Assembly (NCBI GenBank): GCA_017881585.1
Contig: JADGQS010000001.1
Span: 932-64,931 of the forward strand
Reading direction: 5' to 3'
Length of the DNA: 64,000 nt
From: Gemmatimonadaceae bacterium
Lineage (GTDB): Bacteria > Gemmatimonadota > Gemmatimonadetes > Gemmatimonadales > Gemmatimonadaceae
Below the pieces are notes generated by a model. The model had not been told where the DNA came from, did not search any database, and saw only the letters and a program-made list of their open reading frames with translations. This document shows, in pieces, positions 16,679-25,661 of the stretch. The translations under genes and the position numbers were made by a program. Every line of letters starts with the position of its first letter. The stretch's first letter is position 1.

Positions 16679-17727
16679 TCGAATTGCGCGAGCGCCCACG
16701 CCGCGTGGGCACGAACCACGGGCTCCGGATCATCGCGCGCGGCGGCTTCGAGCGCGGGAATCGTCCGCGGATCACGGCGATTGCCGAGGACGACGGCGGC
16801 GTTGCGCGCGAGCCCGCGCCGCTTCGCGCGGGTCATCGCGCTCCCCCCGAATCGCGCGCGCCATTCGTGGTCGCTCAGGGCGAGCAACTCGGCTGCGTTG
16901 GAATCCACGCGATCGGCGCGCGGCCGCAGCCCGGGTTCGGTGACGTCTCGGGAGAACCGCACGTTCCACGGGCACACGTCCTGGCAGATGTCGCAGCCGT
17001 AGAGGAGCTCGCCGATCGCCGCGCGGAACTCGGTCGGGATCTCGCCCTTGAGCTCGATCGTGAGATAGGAAATGCAGCGCGTCGCGTCGAGCGTGCGCGG
17101 CGCGGTGAACGCCTTCGTCGGACACGCGTCCAGGCAGTTCGTGCAGCTGCCGCAGCGATCGGCCTCGAAGGGTGCGTCGGTCTCGAGGTCGACGTCGGTG
17201 AACAGGGCGCCGATGAAGAAGAACGAGCCCAGGCTGGGATTGATCAGGTTCGTGTTCTTGCCGAACCAGCCGAGCCCGGCGCGACGCGCGAGGTCGCGCT
17301 CGAGCACGGGCCCGGTGTCCACGTACGCGCGTGTGCGCGCGGTGCCGCGGCTGGCGGCCACGAACCAGCGGCCGAGGTCGTCGAGCTTCTCACGCATCAC
17401 GTCGTGGTAATCGTCGCCGCGTGCGTAGCGCGCGATCGGGCCCGAAGGCTGCGTGCCTCCGTAGTTCATCGCGACGACGATCGCGGATCGCATGCCGGGC
17501 TCCGGGCGCCGCGCGTCACGCCGCAGGTCGGCGCCCCGCTCGAGATAGTGCATCTCGCCCGCGTAGCCATTGGCGAGCCAGGCGTCGAACGCGGGGGCGG
17601 TATCGGGCGCGCCCAGGGCAGCGATGCCGGCGAGGTCGAATCCGAGTCCGAACGCCTGCGCCTTGGCCTGCGCGGCGCTCGGCGCCGTGCCCTGCGTTCG
17701 GCTCGCATCCGACAGCCCGCTGTTCAC
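16675..17727 (-). CDS. queG: tRNA epoxyqueuosine(34) reductase
   Basis: CGSCTNCLDACPT and CDICQDVCPWN ferredoxin motifs, CISYLTIE, C-terminal HEAT-like repeat (VRAHAAWAL). Confidence 0.9.
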   Translation of the reverse strand: MNSGLSDASRTQGTAPSAAQAKAQAFGLGFDLAGIAALGAPDTAPAFDAWLANGYAGEMHYLERGADLRRDARRPEPGMRSAIVVAMNYGGTQPSGPIARYARGDDYHDVMREKLDDLGRWFVAASRGTARTRAYVDTGPVLERDLARRAGLGWFGKNTNLINPSLGSFFFIGALFTDVDLETDAPFEADRCGSCTNCLDACPTKAFTAPRTLDATRCISYLTIELKGEIPTEFRAAIGELLYGCDICQDVCPWNVRFSRDVTEPGLRPRADRVDSNAAELLALSDHEWRARFGGSAMTRAKRRGLARNAAVVLGNRRDPRTIPALEAAARDDPEPVVRAHAAWALAQFE

Positions 17728-17734
17728 TCGTTGC

Positions 17735-18064
17735 TCACTCGCCGCGGCGCGCCCATCGCGCGTAGCGGATCACGTCCGGCACGGTGGGCACGGCGTGATG
17801 GTCGCCGAACGCCGTGTACATGCGCCACGCGACGTACTGTTTCGAGGGCACCGGCAGGAACGGAAGGCGCCGAAACCAGTCACGCCGCCGGAATCGCCAG
17901 GCAACCGTCATGAGATCCCGCGCGAGCGAGGGATTCACGAGCGCGCGAAGCGCGAGCGAGAGGGAGAGGGACAGCCACTTCACAGTTGGGAAGATCGCGG
18001 GACGCGAGGCCGCTATCAACTCAGCGTCGACGCGAACCTCCCATCGGTGCGCGCAGGGGGACAC
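17735..18064 (-). CDS. Hypothetical small protein upstream of queG; start uncertain (alternative ATG at 17911)
   Basis: The C-terminal half (WRFRRRDWFRRLPFLPVPSKQYVAWRMYTAFGDHHAVPTVPDVIRYARW) looks protein-like. Stop is 7 nt before the queG start. No family recognised. Confidence 0.35.
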   Translation of the reverse strand: MSPCAHRWEVRVDAELIAASRPAIFPTVKWLSLSLSLALRALVNPSLARDLMTVAWRFRRRDWFRRLPFLPVPSKQYVAWRMYTAFGDHHAVPTVPDVIRYARWARRGE

Positions 18065-18076
18065 CTTTCAGCCCTC

Positions 18077-19399
18077 ATGTGGCTCTACTCCGCCATGCCG
18101 GCCATCAGCAGCCTCGTCTGCCGCGCCTACTATCGATTGACGGTGGGCGGCGCGCGCGTCGCTCCCGACGGGCCCGTGCTGCTGGTCGCGAACCACACGA
18201 ACTCGCTGATGGATGCGCCGCTCGTGGTGGTCGCGGCGCAGCGGAAAGTGCGCTTCATGGCGAAGTCCACGCTGTTCACGCACACGGGGATCTCGTGGCT
18301 CGTGAAGGCTGTGGGATCGGTACCCGTCTATCGCCAGCAGGATGACCGGAAGGCCGTCACGCAGAACTTCGACTCGTTCCGCGACGTGAGTTCCGCGCTC
18401 GCCGAGGGGCACGCGGTCGGCATCTTCCCGGAGGGCATCAGCCACAGCGCCTCGAGGCTGCAGCCGCTCAAGACCGGGGCGGCGCGCATCGGGCTTGGTG
18501 CCGCGCTCAAGATCGGCAAGGCGTTTCCGATCGTGCCCATGGGCCTCGTGTTCCGCGACCGCCGCACGTTCCGCAGTGCCGCGCACGTGGTGGTCGGCGA
18601 CGTGTTCGCGTGGGACGACCTCGCCCTGCGCGGACCGAACGACAAGGAGGCGGTGCGCGATCTCACGAGACGCATCGAGGCGTCGATGCGATCCGTGACC
18701 TTGAACTTGCACGATTGGAGTGACGAGCAGCTCGTCCGCTGCGCCGAGCAGGTGTGGCGCGCGGAGTTCGAGGTCTCGCCGGACGCACGCGACGAGATGG
18801 AGCGGCTCCATGCGGCGACGAACGCGCTCGCCCAGCTTCGGCTCGGCGAGGAAAACCGGTGGCGCCCGGTGGCGCGGGCGCTGCGAGCGCACGACCGCAT
18901 GCTCACGCGCATGGGGCTCACGCCGCGCACGCTCAAGGATCAGGTGAGTGCCGACGCCGCGCTGCGCTGGACGCTGAGCCGGATTCCGCAGCTCGCGTTC
19001 GTCCCGATCGCCGCGGTGGGATTCGTGCTCTTCTGGATTCCGCGCGAGATCACGGCCGCGGCGGCCGAGAAACTGGCGCGGGCGGAAGGCGAGGACACCA
19101 TCCCGACCTACCGCGTGCTGGCTGGCTTCCTGTTCTTCTCGATCTGGTTCCTGCTGCTCGCGATCGCGTCGTCTTTTTTCGTCGGCCCGTGGTTCGGCGC
19201 GCTCCTGTTCGTCGCCCTTCCGTTCATCGCCATGAGCGCGCTTGCCGTCGGCGAATCGCGCAGGCTGACATGGGAAGCCGTACGACGCTTTTTCGTCCTG
19301 CGCGCGCAACGCGAGCGGGTGTCGGCGTTGCGCGAGCGCCAGCGCGCCCTCGCCGAGGAACTCCGCAACCTGTTCGAAGGCACCGCCAACGACCAATAA
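18077..19399 (+). CDS. PlsC-type lysophospholipid acyltransferase with a C-terminal membrane domain
   Basis: ANHTNSLMD (NHxxxxD) and FPEGISH motifs. C-terminal TM helices. Start set at ATG 18077; upstream ORF portion overlaps queG antisense. Confidence 0.8.
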   Translation: MWLYSAMPAISSLVCRAYYRLTVGGARVAPDGPVLLVANHTNSLMDAPLVVVAAQRKVRFMAKSTLFTHTGISWLVKAVGSVPVYRQQDDRKAVTQNFDSFRDVSSALAEGHAVGIFPEGISHSASRLQPLKTGAARIGLGAALKIGKAFPIVPMGLVFRDRRTFRSAAHVVVGDVFAWDDLALRGPNDKEAVRDLTRRIEASMRSVTLNLHDWSDEQLVRCAEQVWRAEFEVSPDARDEMERLHAATNALAQLRLGEENRWRPVARALRAHDRMLTRMGLTPRTLKDQVSADAALRWTLSRIPQLAFVPIAAVGFVLFWIPREITAAAAEKLARAEGEDTIPTYRVLAGFLFFSIWFLLLAIASSFFVGPWFGALLFVALPFIAMSALAVGESRRLTWEAVRRFFVLRAQRERVSALRERQRALAEELRNLFEGTANDQ

Positions 19400-19423
19400 C
19401 CAACGACCAACTACCGTTTACCC
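19386..19423 (+). repeat. GTAAACGG+TTGGTC-hexamer repeat (reverse-complement orientation) spanning the acyltransferase stop codon
   Basis: ccaacgaccaataaccaacgaccaactaccgtttaccc. The gene reads ANDQ then TAA inside the repeat. Confidence 0.8.
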
Positions 19424-19431
19424 GCGTTCGC

Positions 19432-20847
19432 TCAGAGGTAAGACCGCCCATCGAGCCCATTCGGAACCGCCGCCCCTATGGCGCAGAGTGCGCTCGGCAT
19501 GACGTCAACGGTCCGCCGCGGAACCCCGCTCACCCGCCGGTTGAGCAGCAGAGGCACCTGCATGTGCTCCCGGTGCAGCGCTCCATGCGACGACACGTGC
19601 GGAATGGGCTCCCACTTCGCGCGGTAATCCCAGTTCCGTGATGCCGACAGCATGATCTCGCCCGACCGTGCGCTCCCGGCGAGATGCGCGATCTGCACGA
19701 TCGCGTCGGGATAATCCGAGGAGACGGTCACGGCGTACGCTTCGTCGTGCGACAGCGATTCGTGCGCGCCGATCGCGAGCGGATCGCCCGTGAGGGGACG
19801 ATACGAATAGCGGCCGCCTTCCATCTCCACGAGCGCCCTGCCGCGGCCCCTCGCGCGCACCTCGCACGTGTGTCCCTCGAGCGGAATGAGCAGCAGGTCC
19901 ACGGATTCACGCTCGAGCAGCCGCTCCGCGAGCCACGCCCATTTCTTCTCGAGCGACGGCCACGCCGCGCGAGTGCGTGCACGGCTGTCGAGCTCCAGAT
20001 ATAGATGTGCCATCGCGTTCCCGCTGACCATCACCGCCACGTCGCGGCCTGCGCCGTAGATCCACGGGTGCGCGATGACGCCGAGCTTCCACGAGTGGAT
20101 CAGCCCCGCGAGATCCTCGTGCGCGCGCACCGGCGAGTGGCCGTGGTCGCTCACGATCCACAGGTGCATCGCGTCCCAGCGGCCGTCGCGCTCGGCGTCG
20201 TCGCGTATCTGCGCGGCCGTCTCGTCCACCTTGCGCAGCGCATCGCGGACGACCGGCGCGTCGTGACCTTCGGCGTGCGATGTCTTGTCGATGCCGGTGA
20301 GCGCGCAGAACGCCACCTGCGGGCGCTCGGCGCGAATTCGCCTGGCTACACGGGCGCCGATGTCGCGATCGATCGCGAGCCAGCCGCGCACGTCGCCGCT
20401 GAAGTGGACGCGGGCGGCGCGCAGCGCGAATCCGAGCGTGTGTCCCTCGCGGTCGCGCGGCTGCAGTCCGCGGCCGATCACGCTGAGCGCGGCGAGGTTG
20501 GAGCTCGAGAGTTCGAACAGCGTGGGTGCGAGCGGATCGAGGTCGCGGTCCACCTTCCGGAACTCGCTGCCCACATAGCTGCGGGCGCGCGGGAGGAGCG
20601 CGGACGCGCTCGCGGCGCGATCGTACCAGCGGATCCCCGGGAGGCCCACGGGACCAGGGTAGCGGCCCATCAGGAACGGCGTGTACGCCGGGCCCGTCAC
20701 CGACGGGAACACCGACGTGACGACGTGCAGGCCGCCGTCCGCGCTCAGTCGCGCCAGGGCGGGGACTTCCCCGGCGCTCATCGCGGCGGCAAGCGTGTCG
20801 GGACGCACGCCATCGGCCACGAGGATCACAACGGACGAGCGCGCCAT
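19432..20847 (-). CDS. Alkaline phosphatase superfamily / nucleotide pyrophosphatase-phosphodiesterase-like protein
   Basis: ILVADGVRPD, FPSVTGPAYTPFLMG, IDKTSHAEGH, WIVSDHGHS are type I phosphodiesterase metal-site motifs. Start at ATG 20847. Confidence 0.8.
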   Translation of the reverse strand: MARSSVVILVADGVRPDTLAAAMSAGEVPALARLSADGGLHVVTSVFPSVTGPAYTPFLMGRYPGPVGLPGIRWYDRAASASALLPRARSYVGSEFRKVDRDLDPLAPTLFELSSSNLAALSVIGRGLQPRDREGHTLGFALRAARVHFSGDVRGWLAIDRDIGARVARRIRAERPQVAFCALTGIDKTSHAEGHDAPVVRDALRKVDETAAQIRDDAERDGRWDAMHLWIVSDHGHSPVRAHEDLAGLIHSWKLGVIAHPWIYGAGRDVAVMVSGNAMAHLYLELDSRARTRAAWPSLEKKWAWLAERLLERESVDLLLIPLEGHTCEVRARGRGRALVEMEGGRYSYRPLTGDPLAIGAHESLSHDEAYAVTVSSDYPDAIVQIAHLAGSARSGEIMLSASRNWDYRAKWEPIPHVSSHGALHREHMQVPLLLNRRVSGVPRRTVDVMPSALCAIGAAVPNGLDGRSYL

Positions 20848-20883
20848 CTCGCGGGAAGTCACGCGGGAAAGTAAACTGCTCGG

Positions 20884-21693
20884 ATGCCACGAAAGACAGA
20901 TGCCAAGGGCGCGCGCCCGCCGGCCCCAAGGAAATCGAAGCCTCAGCGCCGTATCGACGATTCGATTCGAAACCAGTTCGAGTCGTACGCCACGGAAGAT
21001 GAGAAGCTTCTCCAGGCGCTCCCGCATCCGGACGACTTCACGCGCAGCGACACCTGGCGCGTGCTGCGCATTCAGGGCGAATTCATCGAAGGATTCGACA
21101 AGCTCGCGAGCGTCGGGAAGGCCGTCACGGTGTTCGGCTCCGCGCGCACGCGTCCGGACGATCCGCAATATCTCGCGGCCGTCGAGGTCGGGAAGAGCCT
21201 CGCCGAAGCGGGCTTCGCGACGATCACCGGCTCGGGTCCCGGGATAATGGAAGCCGCCAACAAGGGCGCGAAAGAGGCCGGCGGCCGCAGCGTGGGATGC
21301 AACATCGAGCTGCCGTTCGAGCAGGGCGCGAACCCCTACGTCGATACGGTCGTGAACTTCCGCTATTTCTTCGTGCGGAAGACGATGTTCATCAAGTACA
21401 GCGTGGGGTTCGTCATATTTCCGGGCGGCTTCGGCACGCTCGACGAGCTGTTCGAGGCGATCACGCTCATTCAGACGGGGAAGATTTCACAGTTCCCGGT
21501 GATACTTTTCGGCACGCATTACTGGGCGGGGCTGCTGCGCTGGCTGCAGTCGCGCGTGCTCGGCGAGCAGAACATCTCCGACGGCGATCTCGACCTGATG
21601 TCGGTCACCGACGATCCGAAGGAAGTCGTGAAGATCGTGGCGAAGGCGTACCGAGCACAGATGAAAACGGAAGAGGAGCGCACCAAGGCATGA
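20884..21693 (+). CDS. LOG family (TIGR00730) nucleotide 5'-monophosphate nucleosidase, long type II form
   Basis: [48 protein letters not shown]. Confidence 0.9.
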   Translation: MPRKTDAKGARPPAPRKSKPQRRIDDSIRNQFESYATEDEKLLQALPHPDDFTRSDTWRVLRIQGEFIEGFDKLASVGKAVTVFGSARTRPDDPQYLAAVEVGKSLAEAGFATITGSGPGIMEAANKGAKEAGGRSVGCNIELPFEQGANPYVDTVVNFRYFFVRKTMFIKYSVGFVIFPGGFGTLDELFEAITLIQTGKISQFPVILFGTHYWAGLLRWLQSRVLGEQNISDGDLDLMSVTDDPKEVVKIVAKAYRAQMKTEEERTKA

Positions 21694-22946
21694 GCAAGAA
21701 GAAGGCGGTCACAGCCGGCGCACGCGAGCGCGGCGGGTTCAAGGCGTCCCGCCACGGATCGAAGGAAACAGCCCAGCGCGCGAACGCAGCCGGGCCGAAG
21801 GGCGCGCAGAAGAAGGCGGCCGAGGAGCGCGAGGCAGCCGGAAAGAAGCACGTGTCCGCGGAGGCCAGCCGATTCCTGCGCGGCAAGAAGATCGATCCGC
21901 GCCGCATCGACGGCACCGAGAGCGTCGTGCAGCTCATCGAGGAGACGTTCCAGGCGTACAACTCCGGACGGCTCCGCGAGGCATGCCAGCTCTACGCGGA
22001 CAAGATGCTCGAGCAGGACGTCACCGTCGGCCTCACGCTCACGGGCGCGCTGACGCCGGCGGGGCTCGGCATGAGCTGCCTCATCCCGCTCATCGAGGCG
22101 GGCTTCGTGGACTGGATCATCTCGACCGGCGCGAACCTGTATCACGACACGCACTTCGGGCTTGGGCTTTCCATGCACCGGGGCAACCCCACGGAAAGCG
22201 ACGTGGTCCTTCGCGAGGAAGGCGTCGTGCGCATCTACGACATCTTCTTCGACTACGACGTGCTGCTCTCGACGGACGCGTTCTTTCGCAAGATCATCCG
22301 CGCGCCGGAGTTCCAGCGCGCGATGTCGAGCGCCGAATTCCACTGGCTGTGCGGCAAGTACGTCGCGGCCCGGGAGAAAGTGCTCGGGCTCAAGAGCAAA
22401 TCGCTGCTGAGCGCCGCATACACGTGCGGTGTGCCCGTGTATACGTCGAGCCCGGGCGACAGCTCGATCGGGATGAACGTCGCGGCGCTCGCGCTCGAGG
22501 GCTACACCTGCGTGATCGATCCCAACCAGGACGTGAACGAGACCGCGAGCATCGTGCTGGGCGCGAAACGCGGCGGTGGCAAGAGCGCGATCATGATCAT
22601 GGGCGGCGGAAGCCCGAAGAACTTCGCGCTGCAGACGGAGCCGCAGATCCAGGAAGTGCTCGGCATCGACGAAAGGGGACACGACTTCTTCCTGCAGGTG
22701 ACCGACGCGCGCCCCGACACCGGCGGTCTGAGCGGCGCGACGCCAGCGGAGGCCGTGAGCTGGGGGAAGATCGATCCCGACCGCCTGCCGGATGCGGTGG
22801 TGTGCTATCTCGATTCCACCATCGCGCTGCCGCTGATGACGAGCTACGCGCTCGCGAAGCGGAAGAAACGGAAGCTCAGGCGGCTGTACGGTCAGCGCGG
22901 CGCGCTGATGCAACGACTCAAGGACGAGTTCGCGAAAACGCTGTAG
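21690..22946 (+). CDS. Deoxyhypusine synthase-like protein with a basic N-terminal extension
   Basis: ATGA overlap with the LOG gene. [35 protein letters not shown] is the DS family pattern. The first ~70 aa are Lys/Ala-rich. Confidence 0.85.
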   Translation: MSKKKAVTAGARERGGFKASRHGSKETAQRANAAGPKGAQKKAAEEREAAGKKHVSAEASRFLRGKKIDPRRIDGTESVVQLIEETFQAYNSGRLREACQLYADKMLEQDVTVGLTLTGALTPAGLGMSCLIPLIEAGFVDWIISTGANLYHDTHFGLGLSMHRGNPTESDVVLREEGVVRIYDIFFDYDVLLSTDAFFRKIIRAPEFQRAMSSAEFHWLCGKYVAAREKVLGLKSKSLLSAAYTCGVPVYTSSPGDSSIGMNVAALALEGYTCVIDPNQDVNETASIVLGAKRGGGKSAIMIMGGGSPKNFALQTEPQIQEVLGIDERGHDFFLQVTDARPDTGGLSGATPAEAVSWGKIDPDRLPDAVVCYLDSTIALPLMTSYALAKRKKRKLRRLYGQRGALMQRLKDEFAKTL

Positions 22947-22952
22947 CCGCCG

Positions 22953-23750
22953 TCAGCGGCCGGCGTGCGTTCCGCGCACCGAGCCGACGTAGTTGCGCCG
23001 CGAATAGTCGTAGTTGGTGACGAGGCTCCACCGGTCCTCGCCCCCAAAGAGCGACTTCACGATCTCGCGATCGTCGAGCCCGCGATCGATCAGCGCGTCG
23101 ATCTCGCCGACGGTGTCCTCCGTCCAGTCGGCCTTTGCCGTGAGCTGCGCGACGGCGTCGGGCACGAGTCCGCGGTGTCCGTCGAAATATCGCTTGGGCT
23201 TGAGCGCGGCCACCTTGCGTATCGATGCGATCTGCGCGCGCACGTCCTCGCGCGGCCATGGGTGGGTCACGCGAACCTTCACGCCGAGAAAGAGGTCGGC
23301 GCCGAACACCGTCTCGCGCTCGGCGTCCCACACGACGTGGTGCTCGCTCGAGTGGCCCGGCGTGTGGATCAGCTCGAGCGACGGATGCGCGAACGGTGTC
23401 ACCGGCGACGTGAGCGGCGCCTGCGCTCCCCAGCACCAGCGTCGATACCAGAGGATGCTCTCGGGTGAGCGCACTTTCGCGAGAGTCTCCGGCGCGATCC
23501 ACAGGGGCACACCGCGCGCCGCGAGGAACTCGACGTTCCCGGCGTGGTCCTCGTGGTGGTGCGTGACGATCGCGCCATCGGGCTTGTTCGCGCCGATCCA
23601 CGCGCCGAGATCCGCCCGCACGTCGTGGAAGGCGGTGTCGACCAGCACGCCGCGTACCGCGTACGTGCTGACGCTGAACCCCATGGAACGGCTCCACCAC
23701 GACTCGAAGGTGAGCCGGGTGACATCGTCATGACGTTCTTGGCGGAGCAT
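22953..23750 (-). CDS. MBL-fold metallo-hydrolase
   Basis: THHHEDHAGN (HxHxDH) and HTPGHS. Start ATG 23750; upstream part of the tracked ORF is antisense to greA. Confidence 0.85.
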   Translation of the reverse strand: MLRQERHDDVTRLTFESWWSRSMGFSVSTYAVRGVLVDTAFHDVRADLGAWIGANKPDGAIVTHHHEDHAGNVEFLAARGVPLWIAPETLAKVRSPESILWYRRWCWGAQAPLTSPVTPFAHPSLELIHTPGHSSEHHVVWDAERETVFGADLFLGVKVRVTHPWPREDVRAQIASIRKVAALKPKRYFDGHRGLVPDAVAQLTAKADWTEDTVGEIDALIDRGLDDREIVKSLFGGEDRWSLVTNYDYSRRNYVGSVRGTHAGR

Positions 23751-23810
23751 GCCGAAGAATAGCCGGAGCGATTGCCGGACACCGGCGCCGGTGCTAGTCT
23801 TGAATGAGCA

Positions 23811-23860
23811 GCAGCGCCCGGCCAAGTACATCGCGGCCGGGCGCTGGCGTTTTATTGTTG
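23811..23860 (+). terminator. Intrinsic-terminator-like hairpin in the greA leader
   Basis: Perfect 12-bp stem CAGCGCCCGGCC (23811-23822) / GGCCGGGCGCTG (23834-23845), 11-nt loop, then GCGTTTTATTGTTGT. No co-directional gene lies upstream. Weak candidate promoter TTGCCG-17nt-TAGTCT at 23772-23800. Confidence 0.5.
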
Positions 23861-23888
23861 TACCTCTCAGACACAACCGCGCCGCACG

Positions 23889-24374
23889 ATGATCGAAGCC
23901 CTCAAACAGAAGCTCGGCGACGAAGTAGAGAAGCTCCGCATCGAGCTCAACGTCACGCTGCCCGCGGAAATTTCGCGCGCCGTGGAGATGGGCGACCTGC
24001 GCGAGAACTCCGAGTACAAGGCCGCGCTCGAGCGCCAGCGGCTCGTGCAGGCGCGCCTCGGCCAGCTCACCATGCGCCTGAGCAAGCTGTCGCAGATCGA
24101 CATCACGCAGATCCCGACCGACCGCATCGGGCTCGGCTCGAAGATCACCGTGCACGACCAGGAGTCGAACGAGAAGGAGACCTATCACCTGATCTTCGGC
24201 GATTCGGTCGAGTTCGACGAAGGGCAGGTGACGATGTCGTCGCCGATCGGGCGCGTGATGCTCAACAAGCAGAAGGGCGACGTGGTGCTGCTGAAGCTTC
24301 CCGCCCGCACGCGAAAACTGTTGATCGTCGAGATCATCACGATTCACCAGGCGAAGCCGGACGAAATCGTCTAG
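23889..24374 (+). CDS. greA: Transcription elongation factor GreA
   Basis: 161 aa. GDLRENSEYKAALERQ coiled-coil tip and a C-terminal SSPIGRVMLNKQKGDVV globular domain. Confidence 0.9.
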   Translation: MIEALKQKLGDEVEKLRIELNVTLPAEISRAVEMGDLRENSEYKAALERQRLVQARLGQLTMRLSKLSQIDITQIPTDRIGLGSKITVHDQESNEKETYHLIFGDSVEFDEGQVTMSSPIGRVMLNKQKGDVVLLKLPARTRKLLIVEIITIHQAKPDEIV

Positions 24375-24667
24375 TGTGCTGATTCAGAAATTGCTGTTGT
24401 AAATCATTCGAGCATGGCGAAGATGGAATCCGTCGTCGCGGTTCACACGAACGGTGCTGCGGCACGGTTGTGGTGAGCGACGTCAGCGTAGATGCGGCGA
24501 TGGACTCCTTGACCGCGTGATGGGAGCCGTGACGGATGACGAGCCGGATGATCAGACCGAGTCGGCGCTGCCCAGTCTGCCTACCGCTCTGGTCATGGTC
24601 GAGTTGACAGGCGGGCGATAGCGCTCTCTGTTCTATCCGTGCGTTCGCGGATGGAGGTTTGTGGAAG

Positions 24668-25462
24668 ATGACTTTAGCGACGGGGATGGACAGCCAGACT
24701 CGAGGCGCGTTCTTGGCGCTGATATTCTTGAGCACTGGAGCCCTTGCACAGCAGCCAATCGCAAACGGTGCTGCATCTCGCGGAACGGTCGACGGTGTCG
24801 TCTCCGATACGGCTCTTGCACCACTCGACAACGCAACCGTTTCGATCCTCGGATCCGACTTACGAGTCGTGACTGGCGCAAACGGCCGATTCCGGCTCAC
24901 GCAACTCCCGTCTGGGAGCTACATCGTATTCGTACGCCGCCTCGGCTTTAAGCTTGTCTCCGCGACCGTTCAGATCGCCGCGGCAGACACACTGCGCATC
25001 TCATTCACTCTTCAACCTGCTGCGACGACGCTTGACGCGACCATTATCACGGCGCGGTACGAATCGCCGAGAATGGCTGAGTTCGAGGAGCGACGGGAGT
25101 TTGCCGAGAAGTTTGGCGGCGGGCAGTTCATGACGGCGGATGAGATTGACAAGCGGAACACCGTTTTCGCCACCGAGCTGATCCGCACGTTTCACGGGAT
25201 CCAGGTCGGGGAGGGCTATATCCCTAGAAGCGGCCGAGGATCGTTCGCGACATCCGGCCGCGCGGCGGGATCGATCAACTCGTCATGCTACCCGACAGTC
25301 TGGCTCGACGGGGTGCTGCTGCCGGGTCCGGTGAATCTCGACAACCTCCCGTCGCCAAAGGAGCTCGCGGGTATCGAGGTGTATCCGGGTCCGGCCACCG
25401 TTCCAGCACGTTACGCCGCCGGCGGGATGCCGTGCGGCGCCATCCTGATCTGGACCCGTTAG
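24668..25462 (+). CDS. CarbopepD_reg-like plus plug-like domain secreted protein
   Basis: Signal peptide FLALIFLSTGALAQQ. GTVDGVVSD..TGANGRFRLTQLPSGSYIVFVRRLGF is the carboxypeptidase regulatory-like fold. The C-terminal VWLDGV..IEVYPGPA is TonB plug-like. Visibly lower GC than its neighbours. Confidence 0.7.
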   Translation: MTLATGMDSQTRGAFLALIFLSTGALAQQPIANGAASRGTVDGVVSDTALAPLDNATVSILGSDLRVVTGANGRFRLTQLPSGSYIVFVRRLGFKLVSATVQIAAADTLRISFTLQPAATTLDATIITARYESPRMAEFEERREFAEKFGGGQFMTADEIDKRNTVFATELIRTFHGIQVGEGYIPRSGRGSFATSGRAAGSINSSCYPTVWLDGVLLPGPVNLDNLPSPKELAGIEVYPGPATVPARYAAGGMPCGAILIWTR

Positions 25463-25603
25463 TGTGCCGACCAGGAACAACTGAGGTCAGGTTTTTGAGT
25501 TTGGCGAGGATGGAATCGGCCACGAGGCATAGCGTCTCCAGGAAAGGTTGCCCCAAGACGCCGCAAGAATAATGCTAGGAACTTAATGAGTCACTATATA
25601 GGT

Positions 25604-25660
25604 GACGAGCGACGGGCACGGGGCGACCTGGCGAAGGGCGACACGCGAGGGGCGAGGAGA
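25604..25660. repeat. Half copy (one arm only) of the GCGACGGG..CTGGCGAAG REP-like unit abutting the glpD stop
   Basis: gacgagcgacgggcacggggcgacctggcgaagggcgacacgcgaggggcgaggagaa aligns with the left arm of the 14751-14850 element. No matching inverted arm is present. Confidence 0.65.
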
Positions 25661-25661
25661 A

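Noticed and set aside
24337-24900. 187-aa minus-strand ORF and short plus-strand ORFs in the low-GC spacer after greA
   Set aside because: They have no protein-like composition or motifs in any frame. The long ORF overlaps the well-supported CarbopepD_reg gene start. The spacer is left as unexplained non-coding DNA or a possible gene remnant.
24375-25660. The low-GC islet as a genomic island or integrated mobile element
   Set aside because: There is no integrase, transposase, tRNA attachment site or convincing terminal repeats. Only a marginal 15/17 direct similarity and a half REP unit are present. I kept it as a low-interest finding rather than annotating it as a mobile element.
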